From positions 132,017-196,016 of the forward strand of contig CAVVRK010000006.1 in assembly GCA_963750615.1 (NCBI GenBank): a DNA stretch of 64,000 bases, given 5' to 3'. Position numbers and translations under genes: made by a program. The notes below the pieces were generated by a model. The model worked only from the letters and a program-made list of their open reading frames with translations. It did no database searches and was not told where the DNA came from. The DNA comes from an uncultured Alphaproteobacteria bacterium (GTDB lineage: Bacteria; Pseudomonadota; Alphaproteobacteria; Sphingomonadales; Sphingomonadaceae). This document shows positions 21,458-31,400 of the stretch, piece after piece; position 1 is the stretch's first letter; every line of letters begins with the position of its first letter.

Positions 21458-21618
21458 TGGCTGGCGAGATCATCCTTTATACCACCGAAGCCGGGATCGG
21501 TCAGGTTGGCCTGACAGCGGTTTACGGTAACGTCTGGCTGCGTCTGGCCGACGGCAAGCAACCAGCTCCAACTCTTAAGCCGTGCTTAATAGTTCAAACT
21601 GAGGGCGTGCTGTCGTGA
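21457..21618 (+). pseudogene. remnant of a RhuM-like gene (N-terminal ~35 codons only)
   Basis: MAGEIILYTTEAGIGQVGLTAVYGNVWLRLADGKQ resembles the N-terminus (IxxYQTEDG...VWLTQ) of RhuM-family genes that often sit inside type I R-M operons. The ORF ends after 53 codons. Confidence 0.35.
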
Positions 21619-22898
21619 CGATCGTGGACAAAGCGTCGGCTTTCCCGAAGTCGGTTCAGGCCGGTATTCCGCGGTTGGGGCGTTGCCCTGAAGGCTGGAC
21701 ACGTGAACCGCTAGCCCGTCATCTTGTCGAGAACCTGCGGCCCGTGAAGCTTTCCAACGACGCCGAATATGATTTGGTGACCGTGAAGCGGTCACGCGGG
21801 GGGGTGGTGAGGCGAGAGCACCTCAAGGGTCGTGACATCTCAGTCAAATCCCAGTTTCTGCTGCATAAGAGCGATTTCCTCATTTCTAAGCGCCAAATCG
21901 TTCATGGTGCCTGCGGCCTTGTGCCTGCCGATCTGGCGGGTTCGATCGTATCAAATGAATATGCCATTCTGGGAGCGAAGCCGACGATTGACCTGAATTT
22001 CCTCAATCACCTAGCACATTCGGCCTATTTTCAGCAGACATGCTTTCACTCGAGCATCGGCGTGCATGTCGAAAAGATGATCTTCAAGCTGGACCGGTGG
22101 CTAGCTTGGGATTTTGATCTCCCGCCGCTGCGTGAACAACGACGGATTGCCGAAATTCTATCCACATGGGATCGCGCGATCGAAAAAGCAGAGGCGCTGG
22201 TCGCAAATGCCCGCAGCCAAAAGAAGGCCTTGATGCAATCCCTCTTCACTGGGAAAAAACGTATTCCCGGCTTTTCTGGTCATAGACGAAAAACTACTCT
22301 TGGAGAGATATGCACTTTTGTAGGGGGTTCTGGATTTAAAGAAAGTGCACAAGGTAAGCGTGATGGCGATCATCCATTTATAAAAGTCAGCGACATGAAT
22401 CTGCCGGGGAACGAGGTAGATATTCATTTTTCACAAAATTGGATTAACGGCCCTGATCTTATTCATTTAAAAATTAAATTGATGCCAGTCGGCGCTGTAA
22501 TTTTTGCCAAGGTTGGAGCCGCGCTACATCTTAATAAAAGGCGCAAAATTGTCCGCCCTACCGCTATCGATAATAACATGATGGCAGCCATTCCACATGG
22601 AAATCATATTACTAGTGAATATCTATTTTTTTACTTGTCTCAAGTTGACCTTGGAGAGTTTGCTCAATCCGGGGCAGTGCCCTCGGTTAATCAACAGCAC
22701 CTCTCAGTGATACCGATTCTTGTGCCAACAGTTTCTGAACAAGAAGCAATCGGCTCTATGTTATTTGATGCTGACGGTTGTATTTCCAAGTTATCGGCGC
22801 AGGCCATATGCCTTTGTCGCGAAAAAGACGCCCTGATGCAGCAGCTTCTCACCGGCAAGCGGCGGGTGAAGGTGGATTTGGAGGGAGAACCATGCTAA
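21615..22898 (+). CDS. hsdS: type I R-M specificity subunit (two TRDs)
   Basis: 427 aa with two TRDs separated by conserved repeats (LPPLREQRRIAEIL...; VPTVSEQEAIGSML...LLTGKRRV). GTG start. Confidence 0.9.
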   Translation: MTIVDKASAFPKSVQAGIPRLGRCPEGWTREPLARHLVENLRPVKLSNDAEYDLVTVKRSRGGVVRREHLKGRDISVKSQFLLHKSDFLISKRQIVHGACGLVPADLAGSIVSNEYAILGAKPTIDLNFLNHLAHSAYFQQTCFHSSIGVHVEKMIFKLDRWLAWDFDLPPLREQRRIAEILSTWDRAIEKAEALVANARSQKKALMQSLFTGKKRIPGFSGHRRKTTLGEICTFVGGSGFKESAQGKRDGDHPFIKVSDMNLPGNEVDIHFSQNWINGPDLIHLKIKLMPVGAVIFAKVGAALHLNKRRKIVRPTAIDNNMMAAIPHGNHITSEYLFFYLSQVDLGEFAQSGAVPSVNQQHLSVIPILVPTVSEQEAIGSMLFDADGCISKLSAQAICLCREKDALMQQLLTGKRRVKVDLEGEPC

Positions 22899-23106
22899 TC
22901 ACCATTTTACTCGGAGATCCGGTTGGTGATCCAGTGCTCGTCAAAGCGATATATCGCTTTGACGAGCACTGGACCAAAAGTCAACTTCTGATTGACAAAA
23001 CTGCTCCGCATCGCTATCTAGTTCGCAACAGAGCCCTCCACGCCTCTCAACGATGCGCACCAGGAGGGACTTTTTTTGCCCGCAGTGCAAGCAACGTGGT
23101 GCGCGC

Positions 23107-24045
23107 ATGACGCTGCCTCCCCACCCACCTCAGAAGGTGCCATTCAACAAGCCGGCACTGACCTTTGCCCAGCAAATCGCCAAGCTGGAGTCAGAAGGCA
23201 TGACAGTCGCCGATCATGCGTTGGCGCAGCGTTGCCTGCAGCATATCAGCTATTATCGACTCAGCGCTTATTGGCTCTATTTCGAACACCCCAAGGGGCA
23301 GGCAGGACCGAGATTCAAAGCTGGGACCACGTTCGAGGATGTTGTCGCACTTTATGAATTCGACCGCGGCCTGCGGCTGCTTGTGCTGGATGCCATAGAG
23401 CGCATCGAAGTCGCGATAAGGGGCAGTTGGGCCTATGTCTTGGCGATGAAGGCCGGGTCGCATGGATATCTGGACTGGCGGCATTATTCCGACAGGCGCA
23501 AATTTTCAGGAAACTGCAGGAAGCTCGACGAAGAGACGGATCGCTCAAAAGACACCTTCATCCTTCACTACAAGGCCAAATACTCAGGCCCGAAGCGCCC
23601 GCCTGTCTGGATGGCATCCGAACTCATGTCCTTCGGATTGTTGTCACGCTGGTATGCACTGCTGAAGGAGCCAAAGGACAGGCAAGCCGTGGCAGCCCCG
23701 TTCGGCCTTGATGAGGTCGTTTTCGTACCGGCCGTCCAACAGATATCTAATATCCGGAACACTTGCGCACACCATGGTCGCCTGTGGAACCGCCGACTGA
23801 AAGCAACCTTGAAGCTGCCCAAAAAGAACCCGCCGGATCTGGCAAACGCCCTCAATCGAGCAGCCAATGATCGGCTCTACAACAGCTTGGCGTTCCTAAA
23901 GCATTTGCTCGACCAAGCGGACCCAGGGCATCACTGGGGGCAGAGGCTGACCAATCACATGGCCACCCTGCAGGCCGGGAACGAAACGGATATGGGCTTC
24001 CCGCCAAACTGGCAAAATTGGAAACTCTGGGGTGGCACGCAGTGA
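23107..24045 (+). CDS. Abi-like protein (Abi_2 / AbiD-F family)
   Basis: LQHISYYRLSAYWLYFE...FEDVVALYEFDRGLRLLVLDAIERIEVAIR is the characteristic Abi_2 N-terminal pattern. Embedded between hsdS and hsdR. Confidence 0.8.
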   Translation: MTLPPHPPQKVPFNKPALTFAQQIAKLESEGMTVADHALAQRCLQHISYYRLSAYWLYFEHPKGQAGPRFKAGTTFEDVVALYEFDRGLRLLVLDAIERIEVAIRGSWAYVLAMKAGSHGYLDWRHYSDRRKFSGNCRKLDEETDRSKDTFILHYKAKYSGPKRPPVWMASELMSFGLLSRWYALLKEPKDRQAVAAPFGLDEVVFVPAVQQISNIRNTCAHHGRLWNRRLKATLKLPKKNPPDLANALNRAANDRLYNSLAFLKHLLDQADPGHHWGQRLTNHMATLQAGNETDMGFPPNWQNWKLWGGTQ

Positions 24046-27000
24046 CCACTCCCAACACAGACGAGCTTTCCACCTCACACATCCCGGCGCTGGCCACCTT
24101 GTGTGCGCTGGGCTGGCGGTTTCTGGCACCCGCCGATTGCTTGGAACAGCGTGGCGGCGAAGGTGGAGCATTGCTTCGCGCCGATCTGATCGCACACCTC
24201 TCGCGCCACCGGTTTGTCCATCGCGGGGCGTTCCACCCGCTTTCGACAAACTCGATCGATTTCATTGTTCGAACGTTGTCTGCTCCGCCGTTGCAGGATG
24301 GGCTGCTCGCAGCAAACCAACGGGTTTATGACTGGCTGACCCTGGGGATCACGGTCACCGAGTTCGTCGATGGCAAGAAGCTGTCCATCACCGTGCCCCT
24401 CATCAACTGGCAGGATGTTGAGGCAAATCGCTTCGTGGTGACCGAAGAACTTGCCTTTACCACCAGCGATGGCACGCGAACACGTCGGCCGGACATCGTC
24501 GGGTTCGTGAATGGCATCCCCATGATTGTGATCGAGGCCAAGCGCCCGGTCAGTGGCGGATCGCAGCGGATGGTCGAGGAGGGCATCAGCCAAACAATCC
24601 GCAACCAGAAAGCGGACGAGATTCCGCAACTATTCGCGTTTGCCCAGCTTCTGTTTTCCGTATCCGGCTCCGACGGTCGCTATGGAACCACGGGCACACC
24701 GCGCAAGTTCTGGGCATCGTGGCGCGACGAGGAGTTCGACGAGGCGCATTGCCTGGCGGTCAAGAATGGCACCGCCGCTGAAGATCGCGAAAGCTTGCTG
24801 ACGAACCGGGTCCGCGATGTGCGCGATGGTCTGTCGCGCCGTTGGTCTGCTGAAATGGCGGTGAACGAACAAGATCGGTTGTTGATCGGGCTGGCGACCC
24901 CAGCCCGTCTGCTAGAATTCGTCAGGTTCTATATGTTCTTCGACCGCAAGGTTGGGAAGATCGCCGCGCGTCACCAGCAGATGTTCGGCATCCGCAAGCT
25001 AATAGCAGAAATCTCGAAGGTTCGCCCTTCGGACCATCCCAAGGGGCCGGGGCGAGAAGGCGGCACGATCTGGCATACAACAGGGTCAGGTAAGAGTTTC
25101 ACGATGGTGTTGCTCTGCAAGGCGCTGTTGCTCCATTCGGAACTCGCCGAGTGCCGGGTCATTGTCGTTACGGACCGGACCGACCTTGAAAAGCAGTTGG
25201 CCGGAAACTTCCTGACCGCCGGAGCCTTTGGCACCTCGCTCTCCGACAAGGAAGGTGGCCGATCCAAGGCGAATTCCGGCCGCGATCTGGCCAAGCGGAT
25301 CGGCAAGGGGTCCGATCGGATAATCTTTACCATCATCAACAAGTTCGCCAGCGCCAGCAAACTTCCCGAATGCCGCAATGACAGCTCGAACATGATTGTG
25401 CTGGTCGATGAAGGCCATCGCAGCCAGGGCGGTGAAAACCATGAGCGGATGAAGAAGGCCCTGCCCCAAGCCAGCTATGTGGCGTTTACCGGCACGCCGC
25501 TGTTGAAGGGCGAAAAGACCGAGGGCCGCTTCGGGAAGATCATCCACGCCTATACGATGCGGGACGCCATTGACGACGGCACCGTCACCCCTCTGCTTTA
25601 TGAAGAGCGCAAGCCGGTACTCGACATCAATGAGCGCGCCATCGACAGTTGGTTTGACGTCATCACGCGCGGGTTGACCGACGAGCAAAAGACCGATCTA
25701 AAGAAGAAATACGCCAGCAGAGGCCAGGTTTATGGCGCAGAGGGGCGTATCCGGCGCATCGCCTGGGATATCGCCACCCATTTCCGGACCAATTTCAAAG
25801 ATCTCAAGTTGGGCTTGAAGGGGCAGATTGCCACCGACAGCAAGCTCTCCGCGATCCGCTATAAGAAGGCGCTGGACGAAACGGGACTAGTTTCCAGTGC
25901 TGTGGTCATCTCTCCGCCTGATACCCGGGAGGGACACGAAGACGTAAATGAGAGCGAACTGCCCGAAGTTCAGCAATGGTGGGCGGCCAACGTCAAAGGC
26001 GACCCGGAAGATAGCGAAAAGCAGATCGTCGATGACTTCTCAACTGAAGGCCGACCGGACCTGCTTATCGTCGTCGACAAATTGCTCACTGGCTTTGATG
26101 AGCCACGCAATGCGGTCCTTTATATCGACAAGCCTCTGAAAGCTCACAACCTTATCCAGGCCATTGCCCGCGTGAACCGCCTGCACGATGCCAAGCAATT
26201 CGGGTTTCTCGTCGATTACCGCGGCATCCTGACGGAGCTGGATACCGCTATCGGCGATTATCAGGATCTCGCTGAACGAACCCAAGGCGGGTTCGACATC
26301 GCCGACCTCGACGGCCTCTATCGCGATGTCTGCACCGAGTATAAGCGCCTTCCTAGCTTGCATGACGAGTTGTGGGGGATATTTGACGGCGTTCAGAATC
26401 GAGCTGACGAGGAGCAGTTCCGCCAGTTTCTTGTTCCGCGATATTCCGATTCGGAAGGCGGCGAACGCTCAGATCTGAACCAAAAGCGGCGCGAAGACTT
26501 CTACGAGGCGCTGACAGCCTTCGGCATGTGCCTGAAGACCGCTTTGTCATCTCGATCTTTCTTTGAGGATGGCGCATTTAGTGAAAAGCAAATCACAGAG
26601 TACAAGCGCGACCTTAGATTTTTCACGGCTCTGCGCCAGCAAGCAAAGCAGGATTCCTTCGAGACCATCGACTTCTCGCAGTACGAGAAACAGATACGTA
26701 AAATGATTGACACTAACGTCATTGGTGAGGAGATCGACGCGAACGGGCAATTGCTGCCCGTCGTTGGATTGGGACAACCTGCTGATCCAGACACTTGGAC
26801 CGAGGAGAAAACCAGAAACGAGACGGATATTATCCGCAGTCGCCTAACGCGGACCATTGAGCATGAATTAGCCGATGACCCATATGCCCAAGCTCACTTT
26901 TCCGACTTGTTGCGCAAAGCGATCGCCGAGGCCGCAGCTTTGTTTGATCATCCAAGGAAACAGTACGACATATTCGACGGTCTGGAGAGTGCTGTCACCA

Positions 27001-27320
27001 ACAGTACAGCGCCAGAGATACCACACAAACTAGCAAATCATTCTCACGCCAAGGCGTACTATGGCATTTTCCTTCTGCACAGCGAGGAGGCGGCATTCGC
27101 CTGGACAGAAAAACATGTGGAAGCTGCTTGCGCCATCGAACATCTGGTAGTGGCCGCCATCGCAGAGAATTCACTGAATCCAGCCAGTATAGAGGCTGCC
27201 ATTCGTAAAGGCGTATTGCCGGTCCTGTTCGGTCTCTTCGGTTTGGACAAAGCAAAGCTAATGACAGACGAGATCGTCAACATTACACGCATCGGACTCG
27301 CCAATGGCAAACTTGGCTGA
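24018..27320 (+). CDS. hsdR: type I R-M restriction endonuclease/helicase subunit
   Basis: About 1100 aa. N-terminal nuclease region (PDIVGFVNGIPMIVIEAK), helicase motif I TGSGKS and motif II DEGHRSQ. The start may be the GTG at 24042, overlapping the Abi stop. Confidence 0.95.
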   Translation: METLGWHAVTTPNTDELSTSHIPALATLCALGWRFLAPADCLEQRGGEGGALLRADLIAHLSRHRFVHRGAFHPLSTNSIDFIVRTLSAPPLQDGLLAANQRVYDWLTLGITVTEFVDGKKLSITVPLINWQDVEANRFVVTEELAFTTSDGTRTRRPDIVGFVNGIPMIVIEAKRPVSGGSQRMVEEGISQTIRNQKADEIPQLFAFAQLLFSVSGSDGRYGTTGTPRKFWASWRDEEFDEAHCLAVKNGTAAEDRESLLTNRVRDVRDGLSRRWSAEMAVNEQDRLLIGLATPARLLEFVRFYMFFDRKVGKIAARHQQMFGIRKLIAEISKVRPSDHPKGPGREGGTIWHTTGSGKSFTMVLLCKALLLHSELAECRVIVVTDRTDLEKQLAGNFLTAGAFGTSLSDKEGGRSKANSGRDLAKRIGKGSDRIIFTIINKFASASKLPECRNDSSNMIVLVDEGHRSQGGENHERMKKALPQASYVAFTGTPLLKGEKTEGRFGKIIHAYTMRDAIDDGTVTPLLYEERKPVLDINERAIDSWFDVITRGLTDEQKTDLKKKYASRGQVYGAEGRIRRIAWDIATHFRTNFKDLKLGLKGQIATDSKLSAIRYKKALDETGLVSSAVVISPPDTREGHEDVNESELPEVQQWWAANVKGDPEDSEKQIVDDFSTEGRPDLLIVVDKLLTGFDEPRNAVLYIDKPLKAHNLIQAIARVNRLHDAKQFGFLVDYRGILTELDTAIGDYQDLAERTQGGFDIADLDGLYRDVCTEYKRLPSLHDELWGIFDGVQNRADEEQFRQFLVPRYSDSEGGERSDLNQKRREDFYEALTAFGMCLKTALSSRSFFEDGAFSEKQITEYKRDLRFFTALRQQAKQDSFETIDFSQYEKQIRKMIDTNVIGEEIDANGQLLPVVGLGQPADPDTWTEEKTRNETDIIRSRLTRTIEHELADDPYAQAHFSDLLRKAIAEAAALFDHPRKQYDIFDGLESAVTNSTAPEIPHKLANHSHAKAYYGIFLLHSEEAAFAWTEKHVEAACAIEHLVVAAIAENSLNPASIEAAIRKGVLPVLFGLFGLDKAKLMTDEIVNITRIGLANGKLG

Positions 27321-28059
27321 AGTGCTTCCCGAGGAGGGCTGCTTCAATTACGGTACAGACACGATTTTCTACCGGATTACCCGCAACGAACGGCTTGCAG
27401 CACGAATAAGAGTGCATATCCATCCAAATGCTACAGTCGAGCTAGAATGCCCACTTGATACAAATCAGCCTCAAATCGATCTCGTTGTCGCACGACGGGC
27501 GCGTTGGATTTGGCGCAATCTTGGGGAGGTTAGCGCAGGTCGTCGGCACTCGCGCCCGCGCGAATTTGTGTCCGGTGAGACTCACTTCTACTTGGGACGC
27601 CGACACCAATTGAAAGTGATACCAGATAGATCATCTCCGTCTTCGGTTAGACTGACGCGAGGGTTGCTAGAAGTAAGTCTCCCCGTGGACGATCCAGCGG
27701 CTGTTCGACGTAGGCTGGATGCTTGGTACCGGCATCGAGCTGATGCTCATTTTAGCGAAAGACTCCGCGTCATTTGCGCAGACCTATCGTGGGTCGCTCA
27801 AGTCCCACCGATGGTTTTGCTTAAGATGCGAAAACAATGGGGAAATTGCTCTCCCGAAGGGAAGTTGACCCTCAACCCTGCGCTGATCAAAGCTCCTCGC
27901 CCTTGCATTGATTACGTTCTCAAACATGAACTCTGCCATTTAATTGAGCACAACCACAGTCCAAGATTTTACAGCCTCCTCGAACGTTGCGCACCGAATT
28001 GGCGAACCGAAAAAGCAGAATTGGATCAATTGGCCGAGTTGCTGCTCTCCGGCACCTGA
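27304..28059 (+). CDS. M48-family/DUF45 (YgjP-like) zinc metallopeptidase
   Basis: HELCHLIEHNHSPRFY contains an HExxH motif. Overlaps the hsdR stop, a common type I R-M accessory position. Confidence 0.85.
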   Translation: MANLAEVLPEEGCFNYGTDTIFYRITRNERLAARIRVHIHPNATVELECPLDTNQPQIDLVVARRARWIWRNLGEVSAGRRHSRPREFVSGETHFYLGRRHQLKVIPDRSSPSSVRLTRGLLEVSLPVDDPAAVRRRLDAWYRHRADAHFSERLRVICADLSWVAQVPPMVLLKMRKQWGNCSPEGKLTLNPALIKAPRPCIDYVLKHELCHLIEHNHSPRFYSLLERCAPNWRTEKAELDQLAELLLSGT

Positions 28060-28224
28060 GCGCAGTCTATCCGCAAGCAATATTCGCTGAATCTCGGCAG
28101 TTATGGTCGACCAAGGATGACGATGGAACTCAAAGAGGCAGGGATCGATGTTGGCGAACGCAGGGTCGGCCGTTTATTGCGGATGAACGGGATCAAGCCA
28201 GCTCATACGCGCATATTGGACTGA
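28060..28224 (+). pseudogene. IS3-family transposase (OrfB N-terminal) fragment
   Basis: This frame reads ...GSYGRPRMTMELKEAGIDVGERRVGRLLRMNGIKP..., the typical IS3 OrfB HTH_21 segment. It is truncated on both sides. Confidence 0.6.
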
Positions 28225-28318
28225 CGGCGCCAAGCTGCCTAGCATCCTTCCGATAAACCTCACGACACATCTGCCACTGTCCAACGGATAATCCCTATTA
28301 TATGACTTAAACGCTGCC

Positions 28319-28409
28319 ATGTCCGGAGCCGGGCAGGACGTGCAACCAACAGTCGTGCGGGCCGGCTTTGAGGGTTATTTTCCTAATCGTTCACGACAAC
28401 AAAATCATG
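28319..28409 (+). repeat. degenerate cassette-boundary-type repeat (outlier)
   Basis: Starts ATGTCCGG and ends CACGACAACAAAATCATG, 91 nt. Resembles the 88-nt class of the 34.8-46.1 kb array. Confidence 0.35.
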
Positions 28410-28449
28410 GCCTTTCGGAAGGCTCACCCTAAACGGCTAAACATTTACT

Positions 28450-31400
28450 TCAATCGCTCTGTGGGCTTAGGCCGCGATCAATCTGTCTTCCAATATCGAG
28501 ACCCAAGCTATTTTGCGGGTGAGGATTGTTGCCCCTAGTGATGTCGTTGTAGATGGAATCATCCTTGATTCGCTTTCGATCTTCGAGCGTAAGTCTTTTG
28601 GTAGCACGCGCGGCATCTACGTCTTTGATAATTTCTTCAGCTGCAAGTCTCCGGGCCACATCGTCATTGCGTGCTTCGGCCAATAGGTAGGTATCCAGCT
28701 TGGGATGAATACCGAGCACGAACGGACGACCTTTTTCCTCCGTCTTAGCCGGCACCAAGGCTGCATAGCGCGGGTCGGGTTTATTGTCGTCTTCCCGTTT
28801 TGAAAACTTCTGGGGCGAGCGTTCAATCTCGGTTCGTTCGTCAGCCAGCCTTGCCACCTCTTTCCCTTCAGGCGAAACTGCAAAGTCTACTTGATATTGC
28901 CTTGTGCTCTTATACCACTCGTCCGCAAGCTGTGGCATCGCTGCGTAAAGCTTACGACGCTCTGGGTCATTGGAATGTTTTGCAGCAATTTCGCGTAGCT
29001 CTTCTGGTGCATAGTCTGGAATTATTATATTCAATGGTGTGATCACGACCGAGCGATGCTTGGCTTCGATATACTTGCGGAGGCGAAATTCTTCACGGTC
29101 TGCAGCTGAAATGGTTTTGTCCATGGTCTCCGCCAGCTCGGGCGCGATCTCGATGCGTGATGGAACCTGCAATCGTTCTGCGCTGGAATTTGTAAGGATG
29201 AGGAACCTTTTGTTGTCGGTCTCTTCCCAGCGAGTTCCTGACAAGGTGCGCTCAAATAGTGCACGGCGCACGATGTCCTGATACGGGACTGCAGGCTCGC
29301 GTGTGCTCTGTGGCGCCGGTTTCGCTGTCGGAAGAACGGATGTAGCGGTTGCAGGCGAGGCGGCGACTGAAGTTGCTTTCGATACAGCCTCTGGAACCCT
29401 CTCAGAAGGCCGCTGGGACGCGAACGCGTTCGCGATGGCCAGTGATATATCCTTGTCATCGTGATAGTGCTGCAAGGCCTCTTGCAGTCGTTTGTCGTTC
29501 ATCTTGAGTGTAACGACCGCCTGGCCGTTGGGGCCAGTGCGGCTTTCAACTGCTTGGGGGTTGTTATTGAGAACTTCGAGTAGGTCATTGATGGCTTCAG
29601 TCTGAACTTCATAAATGACTTTCAGGCGTACTTCGAGGCTCGCGAAGTTAGGCGCATTTATGATTACATCCATGCGTGGATCTTCGTAGGCAAGATCGAT
29701 CTTGCCATTTCGCATGACCAGCCGAATTTTTTGCTTGAACACCGTGTCGACGAAATCATCCATCTGTGCCTTCGTAAGCGCGGTGACGCCTACGGTACTA
29801 ATGGTAGCCGTCTGGTCGAGAGTGCTGGACGGTGCTGACGTTGCTGGCTTATCATCGGAAGGGACCTGGGAGTTTGCGATCCCTTGCTCGGCATGAGCCT
29901 GCTGGATAAGTATGTCATAATCAGCGCGAGACTCCTCTGCCTCAATCTGAAGTAGTTTGGCCTGCTCCGCGGAACGGCTGACCTGCATTGCCTCGTTTGC
30001 GAACATAGTCTTGAGACCTGCAAGATGCGTGACGGCCTCGTTGAGCTTGTTCTCATAATCGCTCTTGTGACACATCTGGCGCTTGGAGGCTTTTTTGTCT
30101 CTGATCGCCTTCAGGTGCTTCTCGCACGTCAGTTTAACTTTGTGGGCACGCGAAGCTGCCCGGTCGATGTTTTCCTGCATCGTGCGTGCGATAACTTCGT
30201 GCTCGATTGCCGCACGGCGAATCTGCTCGTAACGGGCTATAAGGCGTTCACGAATGTCGGCACGGGGATCCTCACCAACAATTGCCTGATTGGCCCGTCG
30301 CATTTTGGCGATATCGCAGCGAAGCTTTTCCTCTTCCGCTTGACGGAAGCGCTGGATCATTGTCATTTGATATGTCCATTGGTTCCGTTCGTTCTCGCGG
30401 CCAACGTCCGTGCTGATACCTGATGTCTCATGTTGCGCTGCTTGGGTGCCAAGATGCTTGTCAGGTTGACGAGGTATTCCGATCTTAGAGTAATCGCGAG
30501 GATCGAGCCTGCGACGGTGCCCCGCTGATGCGAGCTCCTCGTTGGTGATGTCGGCTAATACTTTGCGTAGCTTCGGGATAAAGTCTTTCTTTTGGCACTC
30601 CCGGTGCTTTGGCTGAGCAAACGGGTTGCGAGTTCGGGTGTTCCCCGACACTGACTTTCGGGTGTAAGGAATGCTGAAGTCCCACTGCCCTGCAAACTTC
30701 TCGAAATCGGCCGTGCCCAGAATATTCCGCGCTTCGGCTTTCATAGTTGCTGTTTGGGTTGGGTCCTTAACGTTAGGCGCAAGGTGTGCGTTTGCAGGAT
30801 GCAAGCGATCATTAACAAAGCGCGCTGCCGGACGGTCGTGATAGATTAGATGGAAGTGCCAGTTCTTATCATTGTTCGTGTGATCAGGCGCATGCATGAC
30901 TGCGACATAAGGAAGGCCACGGCGCTCGAACTCTTGCGCAAAGGCGCGGAGGATCCGCACTCGGGCATCCTGATCAACCTCATGTGGTAGCTCGCCAATA
31001 ATCCGGTATTGGATACGGCCGCCACGAGCGTCTTCAAAGACGATACCATCGGCTTTGTCTTGCTGAAGTTCGGCAGTTGCTTCTTCTTCGTGATTGAGCC
31101 CGTCCACCTCGCGGCGTTTTGGCGGGTTCCAACCGTGCCGAAGCATGTGTGCGCGCATCCGATCATTGTCTTCATTCTGAATGCGAATCTCGCCCTTGGG
31201 ATCTAAGGGCTCTTTCGATTCGACCTCGAATTTCGGACAGTCGGGGGCGCTAAAGACGTCGGACCAAAGCCGCGGGTTCGCAATTACGCGGATGCGCATG
31301 TAGTCTTTGCCGGGGTTCCTTGCGTTCTTCTCGACAAGTTCCCAGAACTTGCGACGCTCAAACGGATCGGCATCTATGTTGGTATAGAGTACAGCGCTAC

